IMG/VR virus record: IMGVR_UViG_3300020352_000627 | Span: 1 to 59,854 of that record | Source: a virus | Lineage: Duplodnaviria; Caudoviricetes | DNA length: 59,854 nucleotides | Strand: one strand, 5' to 3' | Shown: piece by piece, positions 34,251 to 45,183 of the stretch | Layout of the letters: each line of letters opens with the position of its first letter | Position numbering within the stretch: position 1 is the stretch's first letter | The notes under the pieces: model-generated | The model's input: only the letters and a program-made list of their open reading frames with translations | Told to the model about the DNA's origin: nothing | Databases searched by the model: none | Made by a program: the position numbers and the translations under genes

Positions 34251-37200
34251 ATGTCAAGAATCATTAATTATGCTAAATCTTTACTAAATCGCAAAGTGGA
34301 TAGTAAAAATATATTTATTAACGGAAACTTTGATATATGGCAAAGAGGTGTTTCGTTTAATTCTCAAGGATATACAGCAGACAGATGGTTCTTTTCTATT
34401 TTTGAGAATGAGTTTGATAATCAAGGAGCAACAGCATTTAAATGCACAACAGATGGTCAGCTAGATAATAATACTTATGGTATTAGTTTGAAGAATACTG
34501 TTTCTGGATGTTACTATAGTTTGATGTATGTTGTTCCTACAGAAGATGTGTTGTCTCATCAGGGAGAACAGATGACACTAGGATTTTATGCTAAAACTCC
34601 AGATAATTCACTAGCTGGTAATATATATTCCAGTGTATCTTATACCCCTCACGAAGACGATCCTAATGAAGATAAAACTTTAATTGCAACTTCTGTAATT
34701 AATAGTGCTATTACTACAGGATGGAAGCAATACAACTCTTCTTTTGAAGTTCCTTCTGATGCTAGAACTCTAGTGTTTGAGATTAGACCAGAAACCACAT
34801 CAGGTCTTGCTGCAAATTCTACTCTAAATATTAGTCAAGCTAAACTAGAGCTTGGATTTATACCAACACAGCTAATACCAAATCCATACAACGAAGAACT
34901 TAAAAAGTGCGAAGCATTTTATCAGAAAACAGCATACGCTCAAGCTATTCCTCCAAACACAAAACAATTCACTAATTCTGTAAAATTAAATACTAAACCT
35001 AGAAAACCTTACAGTGCTAGTGTTAATATTCCTAGAATTAAAAATAAATCTCGCGGTATTTTAAATATCAGTCCTTATATTAAAGAAAACGCTTTGTTTA
35101 TAAATGCTGATTCATCTAATGCTAGTACAAATAATATATTACTAGACTCTATTATTATAGACAATGAAATATATCCCGAAGGAGTACCTTCTACTCCAAC
35201 AGATATTTATGCTGATGATAATTTGATTACTTCAGGAATAGTCGTTTATTGGTCTGCTTCACAAGACCGCAATTCTAAAATTCGTGAATACAATATAAAT
35301 TATGGATTAGCTAAAGATAATCTAATAGATAATCAAAGTTTTACAGTTAATGGAGAACATATAGCTGGTACAGCTGTCTCTGGTTCTATTACTGGTGTAG
35401 ACACCAGCAAAATATACTATTTTAATTTAGCTGCAATAAACGACGTAGGAGAATCACCCTATTCTACCTGTATGACTACAGATGCTGAAGGCACACCAAC
35501 AACCTCTGGTTTATCTACTTATCTTCCTACTGTAGTTCCTTTAAGCAATAAAGCTAATGTATCTTGGAATTATAGTTTTTCTCCCAATACTATACCAGAT
35601 AAATTTATTGTAGATTGTGATGTTGTATCTTCTTTCGACTCCTCCTTCTTTTCTAGAAAGATTGTTGAGTATGAGCTAGGAGATTCTTTAACTACAGACA
35701 TAGCTTATTTAAATAATAATAGTGGAACATTTTTCTATCAAATAGCTCCTCAGATTGGATCTATGACTGGCATATTTGTTGGATCTTCTTTGTCTAGAAC
35801 TACTCCAGGAGATATTGATAATATTATTACTTATTCTAGTAATACTAGTGTTTCTTTATATTGGTCGGATCCTGATTCTGATGGAGGATACCCAGTAACA
35901 GGATATGCATTACAATACTCTTCTAATAGTGGAACCTTATCTAGTTCAGCAGTTACTCACTTATCTAGACAGGGCATAAACAATTCTACGAACATTTCTT
36001 CTTTAAATAATGATACAGAATATTTCTTTAGATTAGCAGCATTGAATTTTGCTGGAACAGGAAATTTTTCATCAACTACTGCTGAGACTCCAGGTCGTAG
36101 TCCAGCAACTTGTTCTGCTCCTACAGGGGTATCTTTATCTTGGGATAGCGATTTGTATTTAGGTAGTGATATTAGATCTAGCAGGGACTTATCTGAACAA
36201 AGAGTATATAGCTCTCATTCAGGATACTCAAATAACAAGCCTACTAATATTTATTCTATGGCTACGATACAATGGAGTACTCCGATTGACAATGGAGGAC
36301 AAAGTATCGCGTATTATAATGTGTTGCTAGACACAACGAGTTCGTTTAACTCTAGCAATCTTAAATCTTATAATACTAACTTATTTAGAACTAAAAAACT
36401 AAAACTTATAAATCAACTTACTTCAGATACTAGCACTACATGGTATGCTAAGTGTGCTGCTGTTAATGCTAGTGGAACAGGCTTGTATTCTAACTCAGCA
36501 AGTTTATCTAATACTACTCCACAAATATTAAATGTGAATGGGTCTGAGTTTAAATATAATTTTAATTGTAAAGGACTTACTAATGCTGAGTTAGAACATA
36601 CCTACACTGTTAATGATAGAGGTCTTACTATTAATAGTGGAATATCTTATACTGGTGTTGATTGTTCATCTCTTATACAATATTCAGTAGTAGCTTGTCC
36701 TACAGATGAGAATAATACAGAATTAACTATTACGGGACTCGAACCTGGCTTTACATATTCTTTTGGGGCTGCTTATTCTAATGCTTCTGGTAATTCAACT
36801 ATCGTATGTAGTACCGGAGCAACACCAGATAGTTTATCTACTAATTTCAATAGCGATACTATAACCTTGGGTACAATAGAGAATAACAGAGATCTTACTC
36901 CTTTTGTGACTATATTAGTCAAGCGTCCTACGACCTCTATAGGAGCTTTAAACTATTCGGGCGTTTTCTATACGGGCAATCCTGCAACATATCCTGGAGA
37001 ACCTCTTTATTCTGGGTATTTTTATAGATACGGAAGATCATCATATAGAGACAGAGTATGGCATGATTCTTATGGCATAGAAGCCACTTTAACTGGATTA
37101 TCTACTGAACTATGGCTTTCTACCGTAGCGTGTAGTAAAAATTCTACAACCACATACACAAGTCAGCCTGTCAATTTTAATATATGGAATGCTCTTAGTA

Positions 37201-38093
37201 AGCCTAAAAGCGCTGAACTTAGAGTGCAAAGAATTCTCTCTGACAGAATTTATTTTGAATGGGATGAGCTTGGTTATAGTGATGATGATAGGGGTAATGA
37301 TACTATTTCTAATTATTCTCATGAATTGTACTATGTGACTAGTGAGGAAGAATATCAATTATTAACAACAATCGCTGGAACAAACACTGTTGGGCCAGGA
37401 GTTGAAACACTACTTATAGATATAGATAATGTTTTTGGTAGTAATTATGCACTTCCTCCTAGTTTAAAAAACAAATTTGTGTTAAGAACAAAAAATTCTT
37501 CGTTTCATACAGACAGCGTAGCTTATGCTACTACTAGTGCTTTGAGCAGAAATAAACTTATGGAATATTATCCTATGTATCGTGTTGTTTATGATAGATA
37601 TAGAGATAGGAGTAATGCTACACTTACAAAATCAAAACAAACTTTTTCCAAACCTCTTTTAACTGAAAAACAATATCGTAGTGTTATGGCATATGCTCCT
37701 AGTAGTCTGATTCAGATTCTTCAGGGCAGACCTATCTATGAGTATGTAACAAGATATACTTATGCATATATAGATGCATATAATGAACAAACTAGAACTC
37801 AAGCATATGCGGTTAGTCTTACAGGTCGTACTTCTACGACGCCAGAGAGCCCTGCCTATGCGCGTCGGATATATAGTACATCTAGTCGACTTAGAGAGCT
37901 AAAAGCGCTTGAAACAGACGAGAATAAAGACATATTATATACTATGAGATATAGCAGTTCTAATGTAATAGAGTTAGGATATCATAGCTTTGCTACTAAA
38001 ACTAGATATACTTTCACTAACGGAATAGATTACGATGTATCATTTGTTAAAGATGGGGATAATATTATGGCTATTTGGATAGAACAGGTATAA
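34251..38093 (+). CDS. Fibronectin type III repeat virion protein with N-terminal carbohydrate-binding-like domain
   Basis: NxxINGNFDIWQRG...ADRW; FN3 motifs W..P...GG..(V/I)..Y...Y.F..AA.N..G.G; AGTGTA at 34208. Confidence 0.8.
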   Translation: MSRIINYAKSLLNRKVDSKNIFINGNFDIWQRGVSFNSQGYTADRWFFSIFENEFDNQGATAFKCTTDGQLDNNTYGISLKNTVSGCYYSLMYVVPTEDVLSHQGEQMTLGFYAKTPDNSLAGNIYSSVSYTPHEDDPNEDKTLIATSVINSAITTGWKQYNSSFEVPSDARTLVFEIRPETTSGLAANSTLNISQAKLELGFIPTQLIPNPYNEELKKCEAFYQKTAYAQAIPPNTKQFTNSVKLNTKPRKPYSASVNIPRIKNKSRGILNISPYIKENALFINADSSNASTNNILLDSIIIDNEIYPEGVPSTPTDIYADDNLITSGIVVYWSASQDRNSKIREYNINYGLAKDNLIDNQSFTVNGEHIAGTAVSGSITGVDTSKIYYFNLAAINDVGESPYSTCMTTDAEGTPTTSGLSTYLPTVVPLSNKANVSWNYSFSPNTIPDKFIVDCDVVSSFDSSFFSRKIVEYELGDSLTTDIAYLNNNSGTFFYQIAPQIGSMTGIFVGSSLSRTTPGDIDNIITYSSNTSVSLYWSDPDSDGGYPVTGYALQYSSNSGTLSSSAVTHLSRQGINNSTNISSLNNDTEYFFRLAALNFAGTGNFSSTTAETPGRSPATCSAPTGVSLSWDSDLYLGSDIRSSRDLSEQRVYSSHSGYSNNKPTNIYSMATIQWSTPIDNGGQSIAYYNVLLDTTSSFNSSNLKSYNTNLFRTKKLKLINQLTSDTSTTWYAKCAAVNASGTGLYSNSASLSNTTPQILNVNGSEFKYNFNCKGLTNAELEHTYTVNDRGLTINSGISYTGVDCSSLIQYSVVACPTDENNTELTITGLEPGFTYSFGAAYSNASGNSTIVCSTGATPDSLSTNFNSDTITLGTIENNRDLTPFVTILVKRPTTSIGALNYSGVFYTGNPATYPGEPLYSGYFYRYGRSSYRDRVWHDSYGIEATLTGLSTELWLSTVACSKNSTTTYTSQPVNFNIWNALSKPKSAELRVQRILSDRIYFEWDELGYSDDDRGNDTISNYSHELYYVTSEEEYQLLTTIAGTNTVGPGVETLLIDIDNVFGSNYALPPSLKNKFVLRTKNSSFHTDSVAYATTSALSRNKLMEYYPMYRVVYDRYRDRSNATLTKSKQTFSKPLLTEKQYRSVMAYAPSSLIQILQGRPIYEYVTRYTYAYIDAYNEQTRTQAYAVSLTGRTSTTPESPAYARRIYSTSSRLRELKALETDENKDILYTMRYSSSNVIELGYHSFATKTRYTFTNGIDYDVSFVKDGDNIMAIWIEQV

Positions 38094-38105
38094 GGGGAAT
38101 AAATA

Positions 38106-38810
38106 ATGAGTTTTTGTAATTTCGAAAGCGTTGAAGACTACTGCGAACAAACTAAAGACTATAATTATTATTATAACAATATTATAGAATCAGCAGGCAA
38201 GCTTGTAGCCCAAAAAGCATCAAATGCTCCTGTTCTGAGAGTTAATCTTTTTACAGAAGAAAGAAAGGTATTGACTGTAGAAGACAACGAATCTGCATTA
38301 GTTCCTTGCTATCAAGAAGACACTGGCAATATATTATCTGATTGGGAATGTTATAGTATTTGGAGACAGAGAAATCATACTCTTGAACCATTACCTGAAG
38401 TCTGGTCTGAAGCTCAAAGAATATACATAGAAAAAGACTATCAGAAAAAAATCGCAACAGGATACTCTATTGATATTAACCAGCATTCTGTTGTTTTGCC
38501 TAGAGATAAAGATAGTCAACTACAGATACTAGCGACTTTAGTAAATGCCATAATATCGAATATTGATCCAGTAATTCAAGACATAGATGGTAATAGAATA
38601 TCCATTCCTCAACAAGTTCTAAAATCTAACATAGACACTTACGTAGAATCTAATAGACAGATAGATGCTGCTAAAGAAGTAAGTATATCTAAGATCAACG
38701 AGAATGCAACAGATGTTGTGCTAACCACTTTAGACCTAGATGTGGTTGTGCCTGAAACTGATTGTGGCCCAGGTTATAAGAAGAAAGGAGGAGAGTGCGT
38801 ACCTGTATAA
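38106..38810 (+). CDS. Hypothetical protein (possible fibre chaperone)
   Basis: 234-aa ORF, SD present. Confidence 0.6.
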   Translation: MSFCNFESVEDYCEQTKDYNYYYNNIIESAGKLVAQKASNAPVLRVNLFTEERKVLTVEDNESALVPCYQEDTGNILSDWECYSIWRQRNHTLEPLPEVWSEAQRIYIEKDYQKKIATGYSIDINQHSVVLPRDKDSQLQILATLVNAIISNIDPVIQDIDGNRISIPQQVLKSNIDTYVESNRQIDAAKEVSISKINENATDVVLTTLDLDVVVPETDCGPGYKKKGGECVPV

Positions 38811-38871
38811 TATAAGGGCAAAGGTGTATTAAATTACTAGTATTAAAAATTTGTAAAAAAGGGCCTATAAT

Positions 38872-39390
38872 ATGTCTTGGAATATAGAAATACCTATCAT
38901 AGTTAGATCTCTAATTAATGATGTTGCTGATCCCCCAGAATATAGCGACGAAAGAATACAACAGCTCATAGTAGTAGCTGCACAATATGTTATTCAAGAG
39001 ATAAATCTTCTAAATGAATATACTATTGATATTGTTGATAAAAATATAACGCCAGATCCTACCCTAACAAACAGAGATTTGGATTTCATTAGTTTTGTAT
39101 CACTCAAAGCTTCCTGCTTATTAGATCAAAGTACACTTAGAACAAGAGCTGCCACAGAGGGTATTAAAGCCGCCTTGGGGCCTGCTGTATTGGCCGTAGG
39201 AGGCAACATAAGAGGTTTTGAGACCATTCTTAAAACAGGTCCATGTGCTTTATATACCGAACTTAAAATGCAGTATGAATTAGGTAATACTCAATTGTGT
39301 AGAGCTATTCTTAGTCCTTTTGTTGGTAACAATTTTGATCCTAGTTATTCATTACGCCCATCTCATAGATCTGAAGATTTCTACTCATAA
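38872..39390 (+). CDS. Putative head-tail adaptor
   Basis: VRxLIxD....YSDExI N-terminus; GGTGTA at 38823; synteny. Confidence 0.6.
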   Translation: MSWNIEIPIIVRSLINDVADPPEYSDERIQQLIVVAAQYVIQEINLLNEYTIDIVDKNITPDPTLTNRDLDFISFVSLKASCLLDQSTLRTRAATEGIKAALGPAVLAVGGNIRGFETILKTGPCALYTELKMQYELGNTQLCRAILSPFVGNNFDPSYSLRPSHRSEDFYS

Positions 39391-39405
39391 AAGGATATTT
39401 ACATC

Positions 39406-40347
39406 ATGCCAGCAGCCAGCTTTAGCTTTCAATTAGAACAAGGGTCTGATTTTCAAATAGTGTTTCGCTATTTAGACTCTAGCTCTAATCCAGTTAATCT
39501 CACCAATATGCATGTCTTGTTTAGATTTCAAGATAACGATGGAGTAGATTATAGTTTTGACAATATAACAGAAACTACAGATTACTCACTAACTACAACA
39601 TCTAATGGTGTTATTACCTTGCTTATACCAGCTAAAATAACAGACAATTACACCTTTTCATCTGCCCAATATGAGCTTGATATACAAGAGCCTAATGAGG
39701 TTTTTGCTGGAGCTGGAACAAAAAGTAATAGAATTTTATTTGGTAGTATTAATGTAATTGCTAGAACATTAACTCCTCCTACAAGATCAGATTTAACTAT
39801 TTTTCCAGCACAAAATAAATTGTGTCCTCCTGTTATGCTGTCAGATGCTACAATATATGAAGGCGGAGCTATTACAATTGCAGATAATGCTGTAGCTAAT
39901 AGTTCTATTACTGTTGCAGATACTAGGAATGTACAACAAATAGAAGTAGGTATTGAAGGATTAAACCATACAAATATTCAAGATTTAAATATATTTCTTA
40001 CATGCCCAGCTCTTGCTGCTAATAATGCTATATTGTTGGTTGGTAGTGAAAAATTCAACCAATATACACCTGGCTTTAGTTTTATAATATCAGATAGAGC
40101 AGAATCTACAACTTCAGCATATTCTGTTTCAGATGGCGGTATGTTTAAACCTACTGATAAAACTGATTATATTAGATTTAAAATAGGTGCCACTGAACAA
40201 ACCTTGCAACATTCATTTAGTTCTCAAATTGGTGATCAAGCTAATGGAGATTGGACTTTGCATATATGTGATCATGATAAAAATGCTATAGGCTTTATCT
40301 CAGGCTGGAAATTATACATAACTTTTGATGAAATATGGGGATCATAA
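39406..40347 (+). CDS. BppU-like domain fused to proprotein-convertase P-domain
   Basis: HT...DL.I.L..P and G..ANG.W.L.I.D.....G.I..W.L motifs. Confidence 0.75.
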   Translation: MPAASFSFQLEQGSDFQIVFRYLDSSSNPVNLTNMHVLFRFQDNDGVDYSFDNITETTDYSLTTTSNGVITLLIPAKITDNYTFSSAQYELDIQEPNEVFAGAGTKSNRILFGSINVIARTLTPPTRSDLTIFPAQNKLCPPVMLSDATIYEGGAITIADNAVANSSITVADTRNVQQIEVGIEGLNHTNIQDLNIFLTCPALAANNAILLVGSEKFNQYTPGFSFIISDRAESTTSAYSVSDGGMFKPTDKTDYIRFKIGATEQTLQHSFSSQIGDQANGDWTLHICDHDKNAIGFISGWKLYITFDEIWGS

Positions 40348-40578
40348 ATGATTATTTTGGTGAGCAGTTCAGGTCCTTCATCTAATGAAACAATGGATGT
40401 AACAATTGATAATAACTTTAACGTTGGAGCAAACTCTAGGGATGCTTGTAAATATTTTTATAATGTTGACGTAAGTAAACAAAACAGTTCACCAACATCT
40501 GTTTCAATTCCTCAATTTACTGAATGTCTTTTTAACTCAACACCCGTAGCTACACAAGATGTAACATTATGCAATTAA
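40348..40578 (+). CDS. Hypothetical protein
   Basis: 76-aa ORF abutting both neighbours. Confidence 0.55.
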   Translation: MIILVSSSGPSSNETMDVTIDNNFNVGANSRDACKYFYNVDVSKQNSSPTSVSIPQFTECLFNSTPVATQDVTLCN

Positions 40579-41078
40579 TAAATGCTCAACTTAAAAAATT
40601 ATTCAAAGACTCTATTGATCAAATAGTTGGTACTAATGGACTAACTACAAAATGTCTTATTAGATATGGCTCGTTAAGTCATCAGCTATGTAATAATTGT
40701 AAATTCGACCCTATTACAAAATCTTCTAGTAATATTTATAATGGTACTGGTCCAGCAGCTTTTGACGATTATCAAATATGTCCTGTATGTCTAGGACAAG
40801 GAAGACTTGAACATACAGATGAGGATACTCTTCATTTAGCTATATTATTTGATAGCAAATATTGGATTAAGACATCCGCACCCATAAATATCGCAGACGG
40901 AAGTATACAAACTATTTCGCCAATATCTACTATGCTACAACTTAGAGCAGCTAATGATCTTAAGATAGATTCGGATCTTAAAAATCATGGTAATTACATA
41001 TATGAAAGAGCTTCAGACCCTGAACCAGCTGGACTAGGTAGCGCAGATTATATTATTACTATGTGGAAAAGAAAATGA
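40569..41078 (+). CDS. Putative head-closure protein with Zn-finger insert
   Basis: CNNC...CPVCLGQG; neck-region synteny. Confidence 0.55.
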   Translation: MQLINAQLKKLFKDSIDQIVGTNGLTTKCLIRYGSLSHQLCNNCKFDPITKSSSNIYNGTGPAAFDDYQICPVCLGQGRLEHTDEDTLHLAILFDSKYWIKTSAPINIADGSIQTISPISTMLQLRAANDLKIDSDLKNHGNYIYERASDPEPAGLGSADYIITMWKRK

Positions 41079-41716
41079 ATATTGGTATTAGAATATTGGA
41101 ATCAGACAATACTATTGCTATAAAAATACTTAATGCTTTAAAGCCAGAACTAAACAAAGTTTTTAATAAAGCTGTTTCTAAAATAGAAGCTGAGATACAA
41201 AAATCTTTAATTTCAGCACTTAAACAAGAGCCTGAATATGGTCAACTAATTAGCGGTATGTTAAGGACTGAGTTTGGGATAGAAGATACCAGTAATGTAG
41301 AAGCTATAGTAGAAAAAATGGCTCAAACAACCAAGGCAAGATCTCTTCCTGTATCAGTGGTTGGCAAAAGCCTTAAAGGAGGTATAGTAATAGAAGCTAT
41401 ACAGTCTGACAATATTAGCAATATTATTTATGCAGATGAAGCATACGTGTTTGATAGAAAAGGTTATTCTATGCCTTGGTTAGAATGGTTATTGTTGAGA
41501 GGTAATAGTGTATTAGTTAAAGGGTACGAAGTTAAATATGGACCAAGTCCTTTTTCAAGAAGTGGTAATGGTATTATGGTCAATTCTAATCAAGATTGGA
41601 GAGTTCCGCCAGAGTATAAAGGTACCGCAGGAGACAACTGGACAACAAGGGCCATTAGTAGACTTGATCGAGAAATTGTGTCAATTATAAAAAGAAATAT
41701 AGAGAAAAGCATATGA
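41075..41716 (+). CDS. Putative neck/tail completion protein
   Basis: ATGA overlap; PWLEWLL and GT..DNW.TRA motifs; synteny. Confidence 0.55.
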   Translation: MNIGIRILESDNTIAIKILNALKPELNKVFNKAVSKIEAEIQKSLISALKQEPEYGQLISGMLRTEFGIEDTSNVEAIVEKMAQTTKARSLPVSVVGKSLKGGIVIEAIQSDNISNIIYADEAYVFDRKGYSMPWLEWLLLRGNSVLVKGYEVKYGPSPFSRSGNGIMVNSNQDWRVPPEYKGTAGDNWTTRAISRLDREIVSIIKRNIEKSI

Positions 41717-42669
41717 GTGTTATTAGAAATTATTCTAAATTTAATTTAGTAGATAAAGTAGGAGAAAAGAACTCTTTTTCTACAATAGAACACAATATCA
41801 AACACTTTTTGGATTGGTGTTTTTTAAATGTTGGAGGTTTTGTTAATGTTGATATTCCAACACAAGATATGAGTCAAGGCAATTTTCATAAACTTAGACC
41901 TGTAAATAACCCCGAATCAAGCAGAAATAATACTGCTTGGGAAGCTTTTAGAAAAGACTGGGTATATGAGACAGGGGTAGACTATTCTACCAACCCCAAC
42001 ACTGTTAGTGGCATATATATAAATGATACTTTTTATCCTGGTCCTACAGGTAATTCTACTAGATCTTATTATATAGATTACTCAAATGGCCGTATTACAT
42101 TAGACAAACCTATTAGTGCTAGTAGTAAAGTACATGTAGATTATGCTTATAGATATGTTCAGACATATAAAAGCTCAGAAAGTTTCTGGTGGAAAGAGCT
42201 ACAAAGAAATACATATCAAGCTTATCAGTTCGATAAAAATCCAGACTACAACATATTGGCCAATAATAGAGTTCAGCCTCCTTTTATAGTTATAGAAACA
42301 ATAGCACGAAATCAACAAATACCTTTAGAACTAGGTAGTTATGAGAATATTCTAAGACAAGATGTTTTATTACATATATTCACCCAAAATACAAATCAAA
42401 GAGATTCCTTGGTAGACACCCTGTTACTGCAAAAAGATAAGAGTCTTGCTCTGTACGATACAGATAAATTGGTTAAAAACAATAAATATGAACTTAATTA
42501 CAGAGGAGAAATTAATCCTAGTGGAATTAATTATGCTGATATAGTCTCTGATTCAAGTTATATTTCTAGATTTGGCCATATTAGTAACTCTATTTTATCA
42601 GAAAAAAATACCCTGTCTAGCAGTCTTCATAACGCTGTTATTCGTTGGACCCTAGAAATAAACAAATAA
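41713..42669 (+). CDS. Putative tail terminator protein
   Basis: Position before the tail tube gene; P.IVIE...ELG...DVLLHIF pattern. Confidence 0.5.
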   Translation: MSVIRNYSKFNLVDKVGEKNSFSTIEHNIKHFLDWCFLNVGGFVNVDIPTQDMSQGNFHKLRPVNNPESSRNNTAWEAFRKDWVYETGVDYSTNPNTVSGIYINDTFYPGPTGNSTRSYYIDYSNGRITLDKPISASSKVHVDYAYRYVQTYKSSESFWWKELQRNTYQAYQFDKNPDYNILANNRVQPPFIVIETIARNQQIPLELGSYENILRQDVLLHIFTQNTNQRDSLVDTLLLQKDKSLALYDTDKLVKNNKYELNYRGEINPSGINYADIVSDSSYISRFGHISNSILSEKNTLSSSLHNAVIRWTLEINK

Positions 42670-42745
42670 ATTTTTTTTGGTGTAATCTGTTAGTATAGAG
42701 CCCAACGCACATTAATGTTTTCAACTTATTCACGGAGCTTAAACA

Positions 42746-43909
42746 ATGGCAAATACAAGAGTATATTACGCAACACAAGCGGTAGGTATTACACCTAGAA
42801 ATCCAGGCAATAAAAAAGGTACAAACCAACAGTTTCCTAAAGGTCTACAAAGCGTAGGCGTTACAACCAACTTTAATCTAGAACAAGTCTTTCAGCTTGG
42901 CCAACTCGAAATTTTTGATAATGTCGAGAATGTGCCTGATGTGGAAGTTAGTCTTCAAAAAATTGCTGATGGTAGTAAGTTCCTATATCCAATATGCGTT
43001 GAGGGTACTGGTGTTACCGAAGCGGGCCAAGGCAGTGCGTTTAAGAAAGAAATTGGTGAAGTTAGTACAAACAGATGTAATGTTGAGTTGCGTATTTACA
43101 AAGATACTAGTACCGATGTTTTTAATCAAAATGACATAGGTGGTGCTGCTTCTACTGCTTACGGTACAGTTACTTGTAGCGGAATGTATCTTTCTAGTAT
43201 TGCATATACCATTCCTGTTGAAGGCTTTATTACAGAAGATGTAACTCTTGTTGGAAACTCAAAGATTTATAGCAATAATACTGGTGCCGGTGCTGGCGAA
43301 GGCGGTTCTACTTCTGCTGATGGAGGAAAAACTCTTTCACCTCACAAGATTGGTCGTAGAATCAATCTAAGCGATCAGAGTGTGTTGCCAACTGGTACGC
43401 CTGATGGGAATAAAGATGCTGATGGTGGAATCATGGGCGCAATTGCTATCAATCAACGAGATGATGGTAAAGGTGGTAGACCATACCTTCAAAACATTAA
43501 TGTAAGTATGGACCTTGGTAGAGAAGCAGTATTTGAACTTGGCAAGTTTGCTCCTTATGCTAGATATGCTACTTTCCCAATTGAAGTTAGTAGTGAATTC
43601 GAAGTTCTTGCTGAAAGTCATGATCAAGTACAGGCTAGAGACTTTGATGATGTTGCTGCTTGTAGCACTACACAGATTAAAAATCTTGATGACCAAACAA
43701 TTAAGTTAGTTATCTGTGGTAGTGGAGTAGACGACAATTACATTATTGACCTTGGCGAGAAAAACAAGCTTACTAGTGTAAACTTTAGTGGTGGAGATAC
43801 TGGTGGCGGTAATGCTACTATCACATACAGTTATCAAACTTTTAATAAGTTTACTGTTGATGCTTCCGGTAGTTTTGAAAATACCAGCGTACGAGTAATC
43901 GGTGGCTAG
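42746..43909 (+). CDS. Major tail (tube) protein
   Basis: GLQSVG.TT.F.LEQVFQLGQLE; duplicated RE.VFELG motif; GGAG SD; GGTGTA at 42679. Confidence 0.7.
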   Translation: MANTRVYYATQAVGITPRNPGNKKGTNQQFPKGLQSVGVTTNFNLEQVFQLGQLEIFDNVENVPDVEVSLQKIADGSKFLYPICVEGTGVTEAGQGSAFKKEIGEVSTNRCNVELRIYKDTSTDVFNQNDIGGAASTAYGTVTCSGMYLSSIAYTIPVEGFITEDVTLVGNSKIYSNNTGAGAGEGGSTSADGGKTLSPHKIGRRINLSDQSVLPTGTPDGNKDADGGIMGAIAINQRDDGKGGRPYLQNINVSMDLGREAVFELGKFAPYARYATFPIEVSSEFEVLAESHDQVQARDFDDVAACSTTQIKNLDDQTIKLVICGSGVDDNYIIDLGEKNKLTSVNFSGGDTGGGNATITYSYQTFNKFTVDASGSFENTSVRVIGG

Positions 43910-43969
43910 TTAGCGTTTAGGTTGGTTTATAGATTTAGGATTCATATAAACAGGAAAAAAGGAAAAAGG

Positions 43970-44131
43970 ATGAATTATAATACGGACGATATACTATTGT
44001 CTTTGGGTAGGTTGCATTTCGATATGTCTCAGGCCCAAAGATATATAGGTTTACTACAAGAGGAAATCAAAGAAAAAGACCAGACAATAAAACAATTGCA
44101 ATCTAGTAATAATCAGGATAAGGATGAATAA
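43970..44131 (+). CDS. Small coiled-coil protein
   Basis: ATG at 43970; overlaps the next start. Confidence 0.55.
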   Translation: MNYNTDDILLSLGRLHFDMSQAQRYIGLLQEEIKEKDQTIKQLQSSNNQDKDE

Positions 44132-45182
44132 TGCGGAAATACAGTTTCTTTTGCATAGAATTTTTGAAAAAAGACTACAATTTTACTTTCAAGACACTGT
44201 TTATGAACTAAGATATGCAAACAATAAACTCAACTATAATGCTGACCTTATATACTACAATACAATCAACGAAGAAAAATACGGGAATTGGATTCGTGAA
44301 GAACATATGATCAAGCTTATGGTTGAGTTAGAATTATGGAATGACAATGTGGAAAAGCAAATGAAAGTTTTTGATAAAACTATAGAAGATAAAAAACTAG
44401 CATTATTTGAAACCTACTTGGTAGACAAGAAGAGCAAAAGAATAAATCAAGATAGAAAATATATTCGAAATTTAGAAAATCAAATCAGCTCCTTACATGC
44501 CAAAAGACAAGACTTTAAAACACATACACTTGAGGGTTATGCAGAAGGAATCAAACAAGAATATATAATTGTTCACTCATTATACTGCAATAATAAGAAA
44601 GTATTTAACAATCAAACTCATAAATCGCCCCAATCTTATAATAAATTTAATCAACTAGTTAGTGAAATCAATAAATACCATATTAACAATAATCAATATA
44701 GAGATATAGCTAAAAGCGACATTTGGAGATCTTACTGGAATGCAGATAAACAAAATGTATTTCCTGGTTCAGTATGTGATTGGTCAGAAGAGCAAAGAAA
44801 TCTAGTTAATACCAGCAAAATGTATGATAGTGTTTATGATCACCCAGAGTCTCCCAGTGAAGAAATTATTGATGACCATGATTTGTTGGATGGTTGGATG
44901 ATAAAACAGAAAAGAGATAATGCTAGAAAGAAGAAGCAGGGTGATTTAGATAAGCAAAACCAGAGGCTTGCAGGAGCAGGAGAAGTATTTATGATGGCTA
45001 AAGACAAACAAGAGTTATCCGATATTCACGACATGAATAACCCTTTGGCAAAACAGATGCATCGTACAAATGTAAAACAAATGGAAGAAGAAGGTTCTGT
45101 AGCTGTTGAAAATTTGCATACAACTAAAACAGTCGTAATTCCAGAACAAAAACAGGGCTTAAATGTAAGAAAGAATTTCTAA
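44124..45182 (+). CDS. Hypothetical protein, possible tail assembly chaperone
   Basis: 352 aa between tail tube and tape-measure genes. Confidence 0.55.
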   Translation: MNNAEIQFLLHRIFEKRLQFYFQDTVYELRYANNKLNYNADLIYYNTINEEKYGNWIREEHMIKLMVELELWNDNVEKQMKVFDKTIEDKKLALFETYLVDKKSKRINQDRKYIRNLENQISSLHAKRQDFKTHTLEGYAEGIKQEYIIVHSLYCNNKKVFNNQTHKSPQSYNKFNQLVSEINKYHINNNQYRDIAKSDIWRSYWNADKQNVFPGSVCDWSEEQRNLVNTSKMYDSVYDHPESPSEEIIDDHDLLDGWMIKQKRDNARKKKQGDLDKQNQRLAGAGEVFMMAKDKQELSDIHDMNNPLAKQMHRTNVKQMEEEGSVAVENLHTTKTVVIPEQKQGLNVRKNF

Positions 45183-45183
45183 T

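Noticed and set aside
42746-43909. Contractile tail sheath
   Set aside because: No sheath-sized gene or sheath motifs between neck and TMP; the layout fits a non-contractile tail, though genes outside the window cannot be excluded
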